This document shows positions 26,270 through 35,687 of a stretch of DNA of 64,000 nucleotides, piece after piece (position 1 is the stretch's first letter; every line of letters begins with the position of its first letter). Below the pieces are notes generated by a model that worked only from the letters and a program-made list of their open reading frames with translations, ran no database searches and was not told the DNA's origin. The stretch comes from a bacterium. Its GTDB lineage: Bacteria; Bdellovibrionota_B; Oligoflexia; Oligoflexales; RGVZ01. The stretch lies in contig JBAXLR010000002.1 of NCBI GenBank assembly GCA_037134655.1, positions 6,888 to 70,887 of the forward strand, read 5' to 3'. A program made the position numbers and the translations under genes.

Positions 26270-26968
26270 ATGCAAATGCCTGAAATCATTTACGAAGACC
26301 GACACCTGGTGGCTGTCAATAAGCCAGCTCGCGTGCCGGTAGCCAGCGAAGACAGCGGGGATTTGACCCTGCTCTCCATGGTTCGGGAATGGAACAAATT
26401 ACGGCAAGAGCCTGGTAAGAAGGGGTACTGCGTCCCCATTCACTTTCTGGACAGGCCGGTCAGCGGTGTCATTTTGTTCGCAATCAGCAGTAAAGGTGCC
26501 AGTCGACTTAATCAGATGTTTCGCGATCGTTTAATGCACAAGACTTACTTGGCCGTCGTGCACGGTGCGCCTGGCTCGGCTGAAGGTCAGCTCGAGCATT
26601 GGTTGGCAAAAGATCACAACGAGAACTTCTCCAAGGTGGTCTCAGCCAAGAGTGAAGATGGAAAAAAATGTGTTTTAAATTTTCGCGTACTGGCAACGGT
26701 CGAGGGACGCTCACTTGTAAAAGTAAATCCCATAACTGGACGCAGCCATCAGATTCGCGCCCAATTTGCCGCTATTGGCTGCCCCTTGCTTGGCGACACC
26801 AAATATGGCGCCGTCTCATCCTGGGACGGAAGGGTAGCCCTTCATGCCGCAACTCTGAAGTTTGCTCACCCGGTGGGGGGTAGTGCCATGAGTCTAGCAG
26901 CCAAATTGCCCGACTACTGGCGTGATGTTTGGTTCGGACAACTTCCTGATGTAACCGACATCAGCTGA
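26270..26968 (+). CDS. RluA-family pseudouridine synthase
   Basis: Similarity starts at MQMPEIIYEDRHLVAVNKP. The catalytic HFLDRPVSGV (HRLD-type Asp) and GRSHQIRAQ motifs are present. Confidence 0.85.
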   Translation: MQMPEIIYEDRHLVAVNKPARVPVASEDSGDLTLLSMVREWNKLRQEPGKKGYCVPIHFLDRPVSGVILFAISSKGASRLNQMFRDRLMHKTYLAVVHGAPGSAEGQLEHWLAKDHNENFSKVVSAKSEDGKKCVLNFRVLATVEGRSLVKVNPITGRSHQIRAQFAAIGCPLLGDTKYGAVSSWDGRVALHAATLKFAHPVGGSAMSLAAKLPDYWRDVWFGQLPDVTDIS

Positions 26969-27005
26969 TATGAGGATTTAGTCTATGGTTTTTCGAGGAG
27001 GAAAG

Positions 27006-28019
27006 ATGCGCGCTGATAATCAGAACTCGCGCCTTACGGGCGAACGGTTCAAACAGCCAAAGCCCATGATTCAAACAACCACCCTTTGGGATTTTCCTAG
27101 TCAGCACTATGGTGATAACGAACAAGGTGATGGAGAATACGCTGGGGTGACGCCGAGTTATGTCATCTGGAACCTGCTGCAGCGCTATACCAAGCCTGGC
27201 GCTTCTGTGCTTGATCCGATGTGTGGAAGTGGCACAACCCTAGATGTTTGCAAAGATTTAGACCGCAGTGGAGCTGGTTTTGACATTTCACCCACGCGAG
27301 CTGATGTGGTCAAAGCGGATGCGCGTCGACTACCAGTTAAGGATGCGACAGTTGATTTTGTTTTTGTTGATCCCCCGTATGGTACTCATATCAAGTACAG
27401 TGGAGATCAAGCTTGTATCGGGGAACTGGATCAGCGTGGTCCAGACTACTATGCGGCCATGGAAAAAGTTTTCGCTGAAATCTACCGAGTGCTGAAAGAT
27501 GGCGGTTACGCTGCCGTCTACATTCAAGACTCCTTTGCAAAAGGCAAGGATTTTGCCCCGCTTGGATTTGAGTTATTTTTAAGAATGTCGGTATTGATGC
27601 AGCCTGTCGATATTGTCTGTGTGACGCGTCATAACAAAAAGCTCAAGCGTAACCATTGGCACACCTCAGCGATTGAGGGCAACTTTTTCCTGAGGGGGTT
27701 TAACTATCTCTTCATTTTTAGGAAAAATGTCAGAAAGGATTCGGAGCGACTGTCCCATGCTGATTCTGGCGCTCTGTCCTTTTATTTCAGACAGGTCGCA
27801 AAATCTAAGCCTGGAGAAGTGGTGACCCCCGAGGCGCTCGCCCAGGCTATCGCGACAGATCGACAAATTCTCGACAAGAAATTGGTACGCAAAGAGGGCA
27901 AAAAGAATTTCAAGAAAATGGCAAGAGAACAGCAGAAGCATCATTTTAAAGGTAAAAATAACGATGCCAAGCGTCCTGGGCGGTTTGAACCCAAAGGGAA
28001 AGGGCAGAAGAAGCCATGA
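27006..28019 (+). CDS. SAM-dependent DPPY-type methyltransferase (N6-A/N4-C DNA or RNA base MTase) with a Lys-rich tail
   Basis: It has WDFPSQHYG ... LDPMCGSGTT (motif I) followed by VDPPYG (motif IV). ATG 27006 is preceded by a GGAGGA RBS. The ~45-aa C-terminus is K/R-rich. Confidence 0.7.
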   Translation: MRADNQNSRLTGERFKQPKPMIQTTTLWDFPSQHYGDNEQGDGEYAGVTPSYVIWNLLQRYTKPGASVLDPMCGSGTTLDVCKDLDRSGAGFDISPTRADVVKADARRLPVKDATVDFVFVDPPYGTHIKYSGDQACIGELDQRGPDYYAAMEKVFAEIYRVLKDGGYAAVYIQDSFAKGKDFAPLGFELFLRMSVLMQPVDIVCVTRHNKKLKRNHWHTSAIEGNFFLRGFNYLFIFRKNVRKDSERLSHADSGALSFYFRQVAKSKPGEVVTPEALAQAIATDRQILDKKLVRKEGKKNFKKMAREQQKHHFKGKNNDAKRPGRFEPKGKGQKKP

Positions 28020-28363
28020 AAAATATTGAAGAATTACAGGGAGCTTTGCGGAAGTTCGCCGGTGATCGCGATTGGGAGCAGTTTCATACACCGAAAAATT
28101 TGGCAGCAGCACTTTCAGTGGAAGTGGCAGAACTTCAAGAGATTTTTATGTGGCTGACGCCGGATCAAAGTCAGGACTTGAGTCCAGAGAAACGCGTCCA
28201 GGTGACCGATGAGGTTGGCGATGTGTTCATTTGTCTTTTAAATTTTTGTAACAGCCTGGGACTGGATCCCGTTCAAGCGGCGGCGGATAAGCTCGTAAAA
28301 AACGAGCTCAAATACCCGGTCGAGAAGGCTAAAGGCCACGCGAAAAAATATACTGACTTTTGA
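28016..28363 (+). CDS. MazG-like nucleotide pyrophosphohydrolase (small all-alpha NTP-PPase)
   Basis: It has EVAELQEIF and DEVGDVFICLL metal-binding helices and is ~115 aa. Its ATG overlaps the methyltransferase stop (ATGA). Confidence 0.8.
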   Translation: MKNIEELQGALRKFAGDRDWEQFHTPKNLAAALSVEVAELQEIFMWLTPDQSQDLSPEKRVQVTDEVGDVFICLLNFCNSLGLDPVQAAADKLVKNELKYPVEKAKGHAKKYTDF

Positions 28364-28378
28364 TCCACAGAAGACGGA

Positions 28379-29551
28379 TTAAAACTCGGGCGGTACGATA
28401 AATTGACTCAGCGCACTGTGCCAGGAGCCGCGGCTGATATCAGTTTCGTCTTCCGGTAAACCAAATGGCAGTGGTCGATTCAAATAGTCGGCTGTGAAAC
28501 GCGTGTAGCCGTCAGATAAGCCGCGATCCGGTCGCTCTGTACCCCAGCTATTCTTGGCGACTAGATATTTCAAGTCCCCTTGCAAAGCGGCTTCTTTGAG
28601 TTCGTTACTCACGTCGCCCTCTCCGATTGAGCCGACGCCTGGAACATTTTCAACCGCGTAATCTTCAAGGACGAGAAGGTGGCCCCCTTGTCCAGAGGAA
28701 TATCCGCGCTGAAGATAAAGGTCATAGTCAAACGTCGCTGATTTCTCCGTATTAAGGGCGGAAAATTCAATCATAACACTCATAATCACGGGCTTTTTTT
28801 GGTTTACCGCTTCGAGAGCTCGTTGCAAAACACTGGCTCGTTGTCTTCTAACGCGAAGCGGTATGCGGGGGTCTGGCCCAAATAGCTGTGGGTAAGATAG
28901 AATCGTCCATGCGTGGCGACCACCTGCGATTTCATCGGCAAGTGAGTAATTACCCCGCGAGGCCTCTGCATTTGTTCTCAGCTCAGACGCTGGTCGTATC
29001 TTTTCTTTTAGGGATGACATCTTGACGCCAAAGGCCTGGTCAAGCGCAGCCATTACGTTGGCTGCCGTGCGGTTAGCGGGATCTTTTAACTGACCCTCAC
29101 GCATGGCCAGGTTGAGAGCCTCTTCGGCAGTTTTTTGGGTTGTTGAAATCTCGGAGTCAGCTTCTCCAGCGATAAAGTCTGCCTCCAGCATATAGCCGTG
29201 TTTGCGGATGATGCGGCTAGCGTCCATCCAGCTGCCCGATGTGTTGACTTGCTGGGAGCGACTATTCAAAACTTTGTAATACCAGTCCCAATAGGTCCAG
29301 TAGGACTCAGAAAGATTGACCGTTTGCCCTGTTGCTGAAAGGTGCAAGGATTCGGCCCAGCTGGAAGTTGCATACAGCCAGCAATTACCGATGGACTGCC
29401 GTTTGACTGGGGTGTGTGCGACATCTGATACGGAGAGATGGGATGTAGATGGGCGTTCGCCGCAGCTGCTAGAGATCAAGGATGCGAAGAGAAGCATGAC
29501 GGCAAGGCGGTATCGGGTGTTTTTAAAAAGCATCAGTTCTTCTCTTTGCAT
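28379..29551 (-). CDS. Papain-like (C1 family) cysteine peptidase lipoprotein
   Basis: It has the lipobox LISSSCG. The catalytic elements are QSIGNCWLYA (Gln/Cys), GGHLLVLEDY (His) and AKNSWG (Asn). Confidence 0.8.
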   Translation of the reverse strand: MQREELMLFKNTRYRLAVMLLFASLISSSCGERPSTSHLSVSDVAHTPVKRQSIGNCWLYATSSWAESLHLSATGQTVNLSESYWTYWDWYYKVLNSRSQQVNTSGSWMDASRIIRKHGYMLEADFIAGEADSEISTTQKTAEEALNLAMREGQLKDPANRTAANVMAALDQAFGVKMSSLKEKIRPASELRTNAEASRGNYSLADEIAGGRHAWTILSYPQLFGPDPRIPLRVRRQRASVLQRALEAVNQKKPVIMSVMIEFSALNTEKSATFDYDLYLQRGYSSGQGGHLLVLEDYAVENVPGVGSIGEGDVSNELKEAALQGDLKYLVAKNSWGTERPDRGLSDGYTRFTADYLNRPLPFGLPEDETDISRGSWHSALSQFIVPPEF

Positions 29552-29807
29552 GGTTTTAGGCCCGGGAAGGGGTCATTAAAAAACTTAAAATTCATGCTCG
29601 AATTATCAGCATCTTATAGCGATGTCTAGATATTATTAATAACTTTGAAAATTTATCTTTGACGGACAGAGGATGCTTTTGACGGGGAGCTTCGCTGGGG
29701 TTATATTATTGGAAAATCGGGAATTTATTATTGTTTTTCATAGTTATTGCCCGGCATTCCAACTGGGCCGAAGCTTTTGACCTACAAACCAGCTAGAGGC
29801 GACTATC

Positions 29808-30716
29808 ATGACCAGTTTTACGCGGCGTTTTTTCATAATATTTATAGTTATTACAGGATCTTACTGGGGTTCGGTCCTGCTCGCCGCTGACGCGAAAATC
29901 AACGCGCCCGTTGCCGTGACGGCCGAGCAGGAGAAGCCCGAGGCTTCAAAGGCAGTAGCTCAGACCCCTGCCATGGATTCCGCGTCAGCGCCAAGGTCTG
30001 AAAATGTCAGTGAAGCTGGGATTTTTTCCCGCGCTTGGGACGCCGGCCTTATCGCATTCATGACGCTTTTACTGTTGATCGGATCCTCGATTGGTTGCTG
30101 GGTGATCATCGTCACCAAGTGGAAGGACTTGGAAAAAATCAGTACCGCTAACGATGCGTTTATCAAAGCTTTCTGGGAGTCTCGTTCATTGAATGATCTG
30201 AATACCCGCTTGCAGGAGTACCAGTACAGTCCAGCGCGCGAAGTGTTTCGCGGCGGCTATGCAGAGTTGGCGCGCAGTAATCAAATGCGTGAGCACACGA
30301 GCTCGCATGAAATCGGTATTAGTTCTGCCATGGATAATTTGAATCGATCTCTGCAAAAAGCCAAACTACTGGAAAGAAAACGCCTGGAAAAAAATATGAA
30401 TTGGCTTGCCATCATCGCTTCGGTTTCGCCATTTGTGGGTCTATTTGGAACCGTGTGGGGGATCATGAACTCCTTTGAAGGGATAGCTCGAACCGGCAGC
30501 GCCAGCTTGGCAGCAGTTGCACCAGGTATCGCAGAGGCGTTGACAGCGACAGCTTTCGGCTTGGGAGCAGCGATTCCAGCGGTCATTGGGTATAACTTGT
30601 TTAATGGCAAACTTCGCTTTCAGATGATCACAGTGGACGGGTTTTGTGTGGATTTTTTGAATATTGTAGAACGCTACCTCGTGACAGAAAAAACCAAGGG
30701 CGTTGAGAAGGCTTAA
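29808..30716 (+). CDS. tolQ: TolQ/ExbB-family proton channel, with an N-terminal signal-peptide extension
   Basis: It has a MotA/TolQ/ExbB C-terminal core (AVAPGIAEALTATAFGLGAAIPAVIGYN). A ~75-aa extra N-terminal region carries a signal-like segment. Confidence 0.8.
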   Translation: MTSFTRRFFIIFIVITGSYWGSVLLAADAKINAPVAVTAEQEKPEASKAVAQTPAMDSASAPRSENVSEAGIFSRAWDAGLIAFMTLLLLIGSSIGCWVIIVTKWKDLEKISTANDAFIKAFWESRSLNDLNTRLQEYQYSPAREVFRGGYAELARSNQMREHTSSHEIGISSAMDNLNRSLQKAKLLERKRLEKNMNWLAIIASVSPFVGLFGTVWGIMNSFEGIARTGSASLAAVAPGIAEALTATAFGLGAAIPAVIGYNLFNGKLRFQMITVDGFCVDFLNIVERYLVTEKTKGVEKA

Positions 30717-30744
30717 GGTCTAATTTCTAAAAGGAAACTGCGTT

Positions 30745-31173
30745 ATGGCGCTTGGTCGTTTCAACATGAATCAAAACGATGATTACAGTGGTGACTTTGC
30801 CGATATCAACGTGATTCCACTGGTCGATGTGCTCTTGGTGCTTTTGATCATTTTTATGGTTGCAGCTCCTATCAGCATTGGCGGTATTAATATTGATCTG
30901 CCGATTAGTAAGGCCAGAGGCTCGTTGTCTGACGAAGAGCGTGTGATTGTTACGATTAACAAAGATGGCGAATTTTGGATGGACAAAGTGAAGGTTCTCC
31001 CGCCAGCATTACCTGAAAAGTTGAAGGCGATTTATCAGTTTAAAGATCGCAAAGAGATCTTCATTCGAGCAGATAAGAGTGTGATTTATAGCCGCGTCAT
31101 TGATGCCATGACGGCAGCACGTATGGCTGGTGTGACAAAAATATCAATGCTCACGCAACCGCCTAAGGCTTAA
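30745..31173 (+). CDS. tolR: TolR/ExbD-family protein
   Basis: DINVIPLVDVLLVLLIIFMV contains the conserved TM Asp. The size is ~140 aa. Confidence 0.85.
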   Translation: MALGRFNMNQNDDYSGDFADINVIPLVDVLLVLLIIFMVAAPISIGGINIDLPISKARGSLSDEERVIVTINKDGEFWMDKVKVLPPALPEKLKAIYQFKDRKEIFIRADKSVIYSRVIDAMTAARMAGVTKISMLTQPPKA

Positions 31174-31178
31174 TTCCC

Positions 31179-32102
31179 ATGGCTGTGGCGCACCCAAAAT
31201 TAGCTTTTAAACACGACTTCGGGCCGGCCCTGATCTCGCGCGTGGAGCCAGTGGGAATGCCCGCGGATCGTAGGTATTTTAGCAAGATTCTCGGCGCGAC
31301 TCTTTTGCTTCATGCACTGGTTTTGACTCTAAATCCGGATTGGTTTTTCTCCATGCCGATCGTCAATCTTGAAGAAAGCATCGCCGTGGATGCAGACTTT
31401 ATGTCCGATATAACTCTCAACGCGCCTCAGGAAAATGCATTGCCGAATGCGAAAAAATCTGAAGACGTAGCGGTCCCTTCCAATCTCCTACCCCAGCTGC
31501 CAAAGAAGTTTGAAGTTGAAGAGCAGTTAAAAACCGAGGAGAAATCTTTAGCCGATAAGAAAGAGCAAGACATTGCGGATGAGGCTGACAAAAAGCAGAC
31601 GGTCCCTGTTGAAAAGCTTGAATCACAGAAAACCCAAGACGACCCCAATAAAGTCTCAAAAGAGGACTTGCTGAAGCGTCTGGCGGTTGAGCGCCTTAAG
31701 CAGCAGAACAAAGTCGATAAGCAAATGAAAGCCCAGAAAGACGCCCTGGCGAAATTAAAAGAAGAGCTTGTGGCTAAGGATGCCAACAAGAACAGTAGCC
31801 TTGGTGGGGCAGTGGGAGTCGGCGCGATCCGTGCCAAGAACTACGCAGATTTGTTGCGAGCTGCGGTGAAGCGAAATCTATACTTGCCCAAGACATTTGA
31901 GTATGACCGGGCCCAACTTGTCACCCAATTAAGTGTTGTGCTTAATGCGCGCGGCGAGTTGGTTGATGTTAGGCTCGCAAAATCTAGTGGTAATGTCGCC
32001 TATGATCAGGCCGCGATTGCCGCCTTACAGAACTCTGTGCCGCTGCCCCAGCCGCCCTCTGAATTTGTTGGGCAGGCCATTACGTTTAATTTATCGAAGT
32101 AG
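31179..32102 (+). CDS. tolA: TolA/TonB-like protein
   Basis: It has a TM anchor, a long K/E/Q-rich helical region and a TolA/TonB-type C-terminal domain (GELVDVRLAKSSGNVAYDQAAIAALQNSVPLP). Confidence 0.7.
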   Translation: MAVAHPKLAFKHDFGPALISRVEPVGMPADRRYFSKILGATLLLHALVLTLNPDWFFSMPIVNLEESIAVDADFMSDITLNAPQENALPNAKKSEDVAVPSNLLPQLPKKFEVEEQLKTEEKSLADKKEQDIADEADKKQTVPVEKLESQKTQDDPNKVSKEDLLKRLAVERLKQQNKVDKQMKAQKDALAKLKEELVAKDANKNSSLGGAVGVGAIRAKNYADLLRAAVKRNLYLPKTFEYDRAQLVTQLSVVLNARGELVDVRLAKSSGNVAYDQAAIAALQNSVPLPQPPSEFVGQAITFNLSK

Positions 32103-32114
32103 TGAGGAAATGAT

Positions 32115-33518
32115 ATGAGCTCAAAAAATATTGCATTCAGAATTTTTGTAAGCTTTATGGCCGCAGTGTCAGTTGGAACTTTGGCGCGCGCCGCAGGCGT
32201 TGTTGTTAATATTGATAGCCCACAGTTTCGTGAAGTTGTTTCAGCGGTGCCTCAGTTCGCCCTAGGTGAGGGTAGCTCCGATGCAGAGAGTCGTGAGGTG
32301 GCGGATGAAGCTAATTCCGAACTTAAGCGCTTACTTGAGTTCTCGGGTATTTTTAAAATTATGGGAGAAGCTGCATTTAAGGAGCTTGTGACCAAGGCGC
32401 CGCCCGCTTTTTTTCGGGAGCAGGGCGTGGGAGGGGGCGATTTACTAGAATGGAAAAATGTTGGGGTCGAATCTTTGACCCTTGCGGAAGTTAGCCGAGA
32501 AAAAGGCTCCTCATGGTCATTGATTATCAGAACGATTGATATTGGGCGCCGGGAAGTCTTAGTCGGTAAGAAGTACAGCGACATATCTAGAAAGCAAATT
32601 GTGGGTGTCGTCAGGCGCTATGCCGATGAGATTCTCAGAGCCTACACGGGCAAATCAGGTATTTTTAATTCCAAGCTTGTGTTCGTTGGTCGGACATCGC
32701 AATCGGCTGCGAAGCAAATTTTCATTTCTGAATTTGATGGATCTAATCCCGTTCAGATTTCAAAAGGTAATTATCCCCATTTGTCCCCGAGCTTTAGCGC
32801 TGATGGCAAGTATGTGACTTACACATCCTACGAGGCAGGAAATCCAGACCTGTATATTTACGATATAGCAGCGGGATCAACCAGAAAGTTATCCGGCCAT
32901 AAAGGCATCAATAGTGGCGGAAATTTCGCTCCCTCCGGAAAGCTATTGGCGTTTACGGGCTCAGTTAATGGTGACGCAGATATTTATACGGTCATGCCTG
33001 GCGGTAGTTCCCGGAAATTGTTCATCAGCGGCACTGGACTGGATGTTGACCCCTCGTTTTCGCCGGACGGCAGTAAGATAGCATTCGTCAGTGGTCGGTA
33101 TGGTAATCCCCATATCTTCGTCGCAGCTCTCGAATGGAATTCACCGACCGATCCACGGGTTAAAGATGACAAGAGGCTAACTTATGCCGGCTGGTATAAC
33201 GCCACTCCCGCCTGGACGCCTGAAGGTGACCGAATTGCGTTTGCTGGCTACGATAAGGAAATCGATCGGTTTGATCTTTTTATGATGAATCCCGATGGTA
33301 CGAAGTTGGAACGCCTCACCTTAAGAACAGGTGATAATGAGCGTCCGTGGTTTTCGCCCAATGGGCAAAATTTGGTTTTCATGTCCAATCGGACCAAGGG
33401 CCAAAATGTAAAGAGTGTTCACCAGCTCTACATTATGAATCGAGATGGCAGCAACCAACGGCAATTGGCAACTGGATTGTATGAGGCTCAAACTCCTTGT
33501 TGGGGTCCGAATTTTTAA
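32115..33518 (+). CDS. tolB: TolB periplasmic beta-propeller protein
   Basis: It has a signal peptide, a TolB N-domain and repeated propeller blades (SPSFSADGKYV, FSPDGSKIAF, WFSPNGQNLVF). Confidence 0.9.
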   Translation: MSSKNIAFRIFVSFMAAVSVGTLARAAGVVVNIDSPQFREVVSAVPQFALGEGSSDAESREVADEANSELKRLLEFSGIFKIMGEAAFKELVTKAPPAFFREQGVGGGDLLEWKNVGVESLTLAEVSREKGSSWSLIIRTIDIGRREVLVGKKYSDISRKQIVGVVRRYADEILRAYTGKSGIFNSKLVFVGRTSQSAAKQIFISEFDGSNPVQISKGNYPHLSPSFSADGKYVTYTSYEAGNPDLYIYDIAAGSTRKLSGHKGINSGGNFAPSGKLLAFTGSVNGDADIYTVMPGGSSRKLFISGTGLDVDPSFSPDGSKIAFVSGRYGNPHIFVAALEWNSPTDPRVKDDKRLTYAGWYNATPAWTPEGDRIAFAGYDKEIDRFDLFMMNPDGTKLERLTLRTGDNERPWFSPNGQNLVFMSNRTKGQNVKSVHQLYIMNRDGSNQRQLATGLYEAQTPCWGPNF

Positions 33519-33548
33519 TTTTTAATTCCCTGCGCAGGAGGCGTGAAT

Positions 33549-33818
33549 ATGAAAATGCTTAGATGTCGTCAGATAGTATTTGTGGGTCTCATAGGTTTTT
33601 TCTTCCCGTTCGCATGTGCTGAAAAGAATGCTGAGGAAGTGGTTGCGCCAGAGCAGCCACTGACCGACTTGCCGGTGGCCCCAGCGGCGCCTGTTGCGCC
33701 TGAAGCTCCAGTCACTATGGAGATTGATGAACGTGCGCCGAGCGAACCTGTGGCGAAGAAGAAAAAACCCAAAGCCAAGCCAGCAGGTAAAACCAAAAAT
33801 AAACGTGTAAGAAAATAA
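33549..33818 (+). CDS. Small Pro/Ala- and Lys-rich putative lipoprotein in the Pal position
   Basis: A GGAGG RBS precedes ATG 33549. It has a signal with FPFAC, a PVAPAAPVAPEAPV repeat and a KKKKPKAKPAGKTKNKRVRK tail. There is no OmpA/Pal domain. Confidence 0.5.
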   Translation: MKMLRCRQIVFVGLIGFFFPFACAEKNAEEVVAPEQPLTDLPVAPAAPVAPEAPVTMEIDERAPSEPVAKKKKPKAKPAGKTKNKRVRK

Positions 33819-33829
33819 CGGCGAAAAAC

Positions 33830-34828
33830 TTACTGTTTTTGTAGAAGTAATGAGCCCCAGGTAAGTCCTGCTCCGACTACGGCCATGACTATGAAGTCAC
33901 CTTTTTGGTAGCGGTCCCAATTCTGCGAAAGAACAGACGGTGCGCCGCAGGCGCCTTGATTGCCATAGTGCACCACGTTGAACAAGTGTTTGGATTCCGG
34001 CACACCCATTTTTTCCATCGCTGACGTCAACATGCGGTAGTTGGCCTGATGGCCGATGAACCAGTGCGCTTCCGATACCTTCAAGTGATTTCTTGCCAAA
34101 ATATCCTGGGCGGCCGCGATCGTTTTGGTAACCGCGAATTTCTGTACAGCAGCCCCGTTTTGGTGAAAGAATTCGCCGTCGGGGAGATGAATGTGTTCCC
34201 AGCCGCTTGGAGCAGATTCAACGAGGCTATCTATGACTTTTAATGCGCCTGGTCGAGTGGTCGAGCTCGTAACAGCACTGATTGACGAGTCACCAAATAG
34301 AATGGAGTTACGTCTGTCCGCATAATTAACCCTGGTGGTATACCTTTCGGTGCAAAATATGGCCCCTTCAGTGGTTAGGCCGCTTGCAATTAAACCACGC
34401 ATCACATGGCATTGGACAACAAAGGTGCTGCAAGCTGAGTTGACGTCAGAAGCGCGTACCCGCTCAAGTCCAAGTTGTGATGCGATGACGCATGCACTTG
34501 CTGGGATGTCGTCATCCGGTACCGATGTTCCGCCAATGACAGTATCAATTGATTCAGAAACAATATGAGAACGACCTTGTGCAACCTTCCAGGCTTTCTC
34601 ACTCATGCTGGCAATGGACTCAATCTGGCCTGCGGCTTTTAGGGCTACGCGATTGGTCTGGCCGTGCCGTATTTTTGTAATCAGTTCTTTGGTCAATACG
34701 GACCTACGAGTTTCGATACCAACTCGGTCTTTTATCCAGTCGGCAGCGGAACCGATATCCAATTGATCGAAAAAAGAATTTTCGAGTACGTTATCCGGAA
34801 AATGATGGCCCATGGAATAGATAAACAT
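33830..34828 (-). CDS. fabH: 3-oxoacyl-ACP synthase III (FabH-like KAS III)
   Basis: The Cys-His-Asn triad contexts are present: NSACSTFV, GHQANYRM and GNQGACGAP. Confidence 0.8.
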   Translation of the reverse strand: MFIYSMGHHFPDNVLENSFFDQLDIGSAADWIKDRVGIETRRSVLTKELITKIRHGQTNRVALKAAGQIESIASMSEKAWKVAQGRSHIVSESIDTVIGGTSVPDDDIPASACVIASQLGLERVRASDVNSACSTFVVQCHVMRGLIASGLTTEGAIFCTERYTTRVNYADRRNSILFGDSSISAVTSSTTRPGALKVIDSLVESAPSGWEHIHLPDGEFFHQNGAAVQKFAVTKTIAAAQDILARNHLKVSEAHWFIGHQANYRMLTSAMEKMGVPESKHLFNVVHYGNQGACGAPSVLSQNWDRYQKGDFIVMAVVGAGLTWGSLLLQKQ

Positions 34829-34848
34829 AGAGCGAAGCTCCCAGGATT

Positions 34849-35595
34849 TTAATTGGTAAACATTCCACCATTCACGTGGATCGTGCTGCCAGTTATATAG
34901 TTGGAACCCTCGCCGGCCAGGAAGGCTACAGCAGCAGCAACATCACCTGGTTCGCCGAATTTTTTCAGAGGTATTTTGGCCATGATGGCGTCTTTAGCCT
35001 GATCGGGCAGGGCATCAGTCATGTCGGTTTTTATAAAACCAGGTGCGACGCAATTACATAGGATGCCGAATTGGGCCAAGTCTTGTGCGATGCTCTTGGT
35101 GAAAGCTGTTATTGCGCCCTTTGTTGCAGCATACATACTTTGACCTGCGTTGCCTGTGTATCCAACGACTGAGGCAATATTGATGATTCGTCCAGATTTG
35201 GCGCGGATCATGCCTTTCGCAGCAAGTTTACTAAGGAGAAAGGCTGGCTTCAGGTTTGTATTGATCAAGGTTTCGAAGTCTTCAGGTTTTGCGAATGGGA
35301 GTATTTGATCAATCGAAATGCCTGCGTTGTTTACCAATACTGAAATCGGTCCGAGTTCTGCTGTGATTGTTTTTATGAGGTCTTGACAGCTTTGCGGATC
35401 GGATAGATCTGCTTTGAACGGCATCGCGCCTGGAATTGATTTAGCCAGCTGGTGAGCTTTTTCTTCTGAACCACGATAATGAAGAGCCACTCGAAAACCT
35501 TGTTGACCTAGTGCGACGGCACATGCAGCCCCGATTCCACGACTTGCGCCCGTGACTAAAGCGACTTTGCCGGTCGCGGCGGATGACACGCTCAT
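34849..35595 (-). CDS. fabG: 3-oxoacyl-ACP reductase (SDR)
   Basis: It has TGASRGIG, NNAG and YAATKGA motifs, and FabG-like similarity runs the full length. Confidence 0.9.
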   Translation of the reverse strand: MSVSSAATGKVALVTGASRGIGAACAVALGQQGFRVALHYRGSEEKAHQLAKSIPGAMPFKADLSDPQSCQDLIKTITAELGPISVLVNNAGISIDQILPFAKPEDFETLINTNLKPAFLLSKLAAKGMIRAKSGRIINIASVVGYTGNAGQSMYAATKGAITAFTKSIAQDLAQFGILCNCVAPGFIKTDMTDALPDQAKDAIMAKIPLKKFGEPGDVAAAVAFLAGEGSNYITGSTIHVNGGMFTN

Positions 35596-35687
35596 GATCT
35601 ATTTCCCCCAAGCACATTCATTGGCCTGAGAGGATAACACCATGGTCTCGTGACCACAATCGCCTTTGAGGGGGCTGACCTTACTGT

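Noticed and set aside
26075-26289. 215-nt divergent overlap between the long forms of ORFs 25390-26289 (-) and 26075-26968 (+)
   Set aside because: Both ORFs have internal starts that coincide with the onset of a signal peptide (ATG 26136) or of family similarity (ATG 26270). Using these starts removes the overlap.
26985-28363. Methyltransferase plus MazG-like pair as a restriction-modification or phage-defence system
   Set aside because: There is no endonuclease, helicase or other effector ORF adjacent. The upstream partner is a pseudouridine synthase. An RNA/nucleotide-housekeeping reading is more economical, and it is kept as a low-interest finding.
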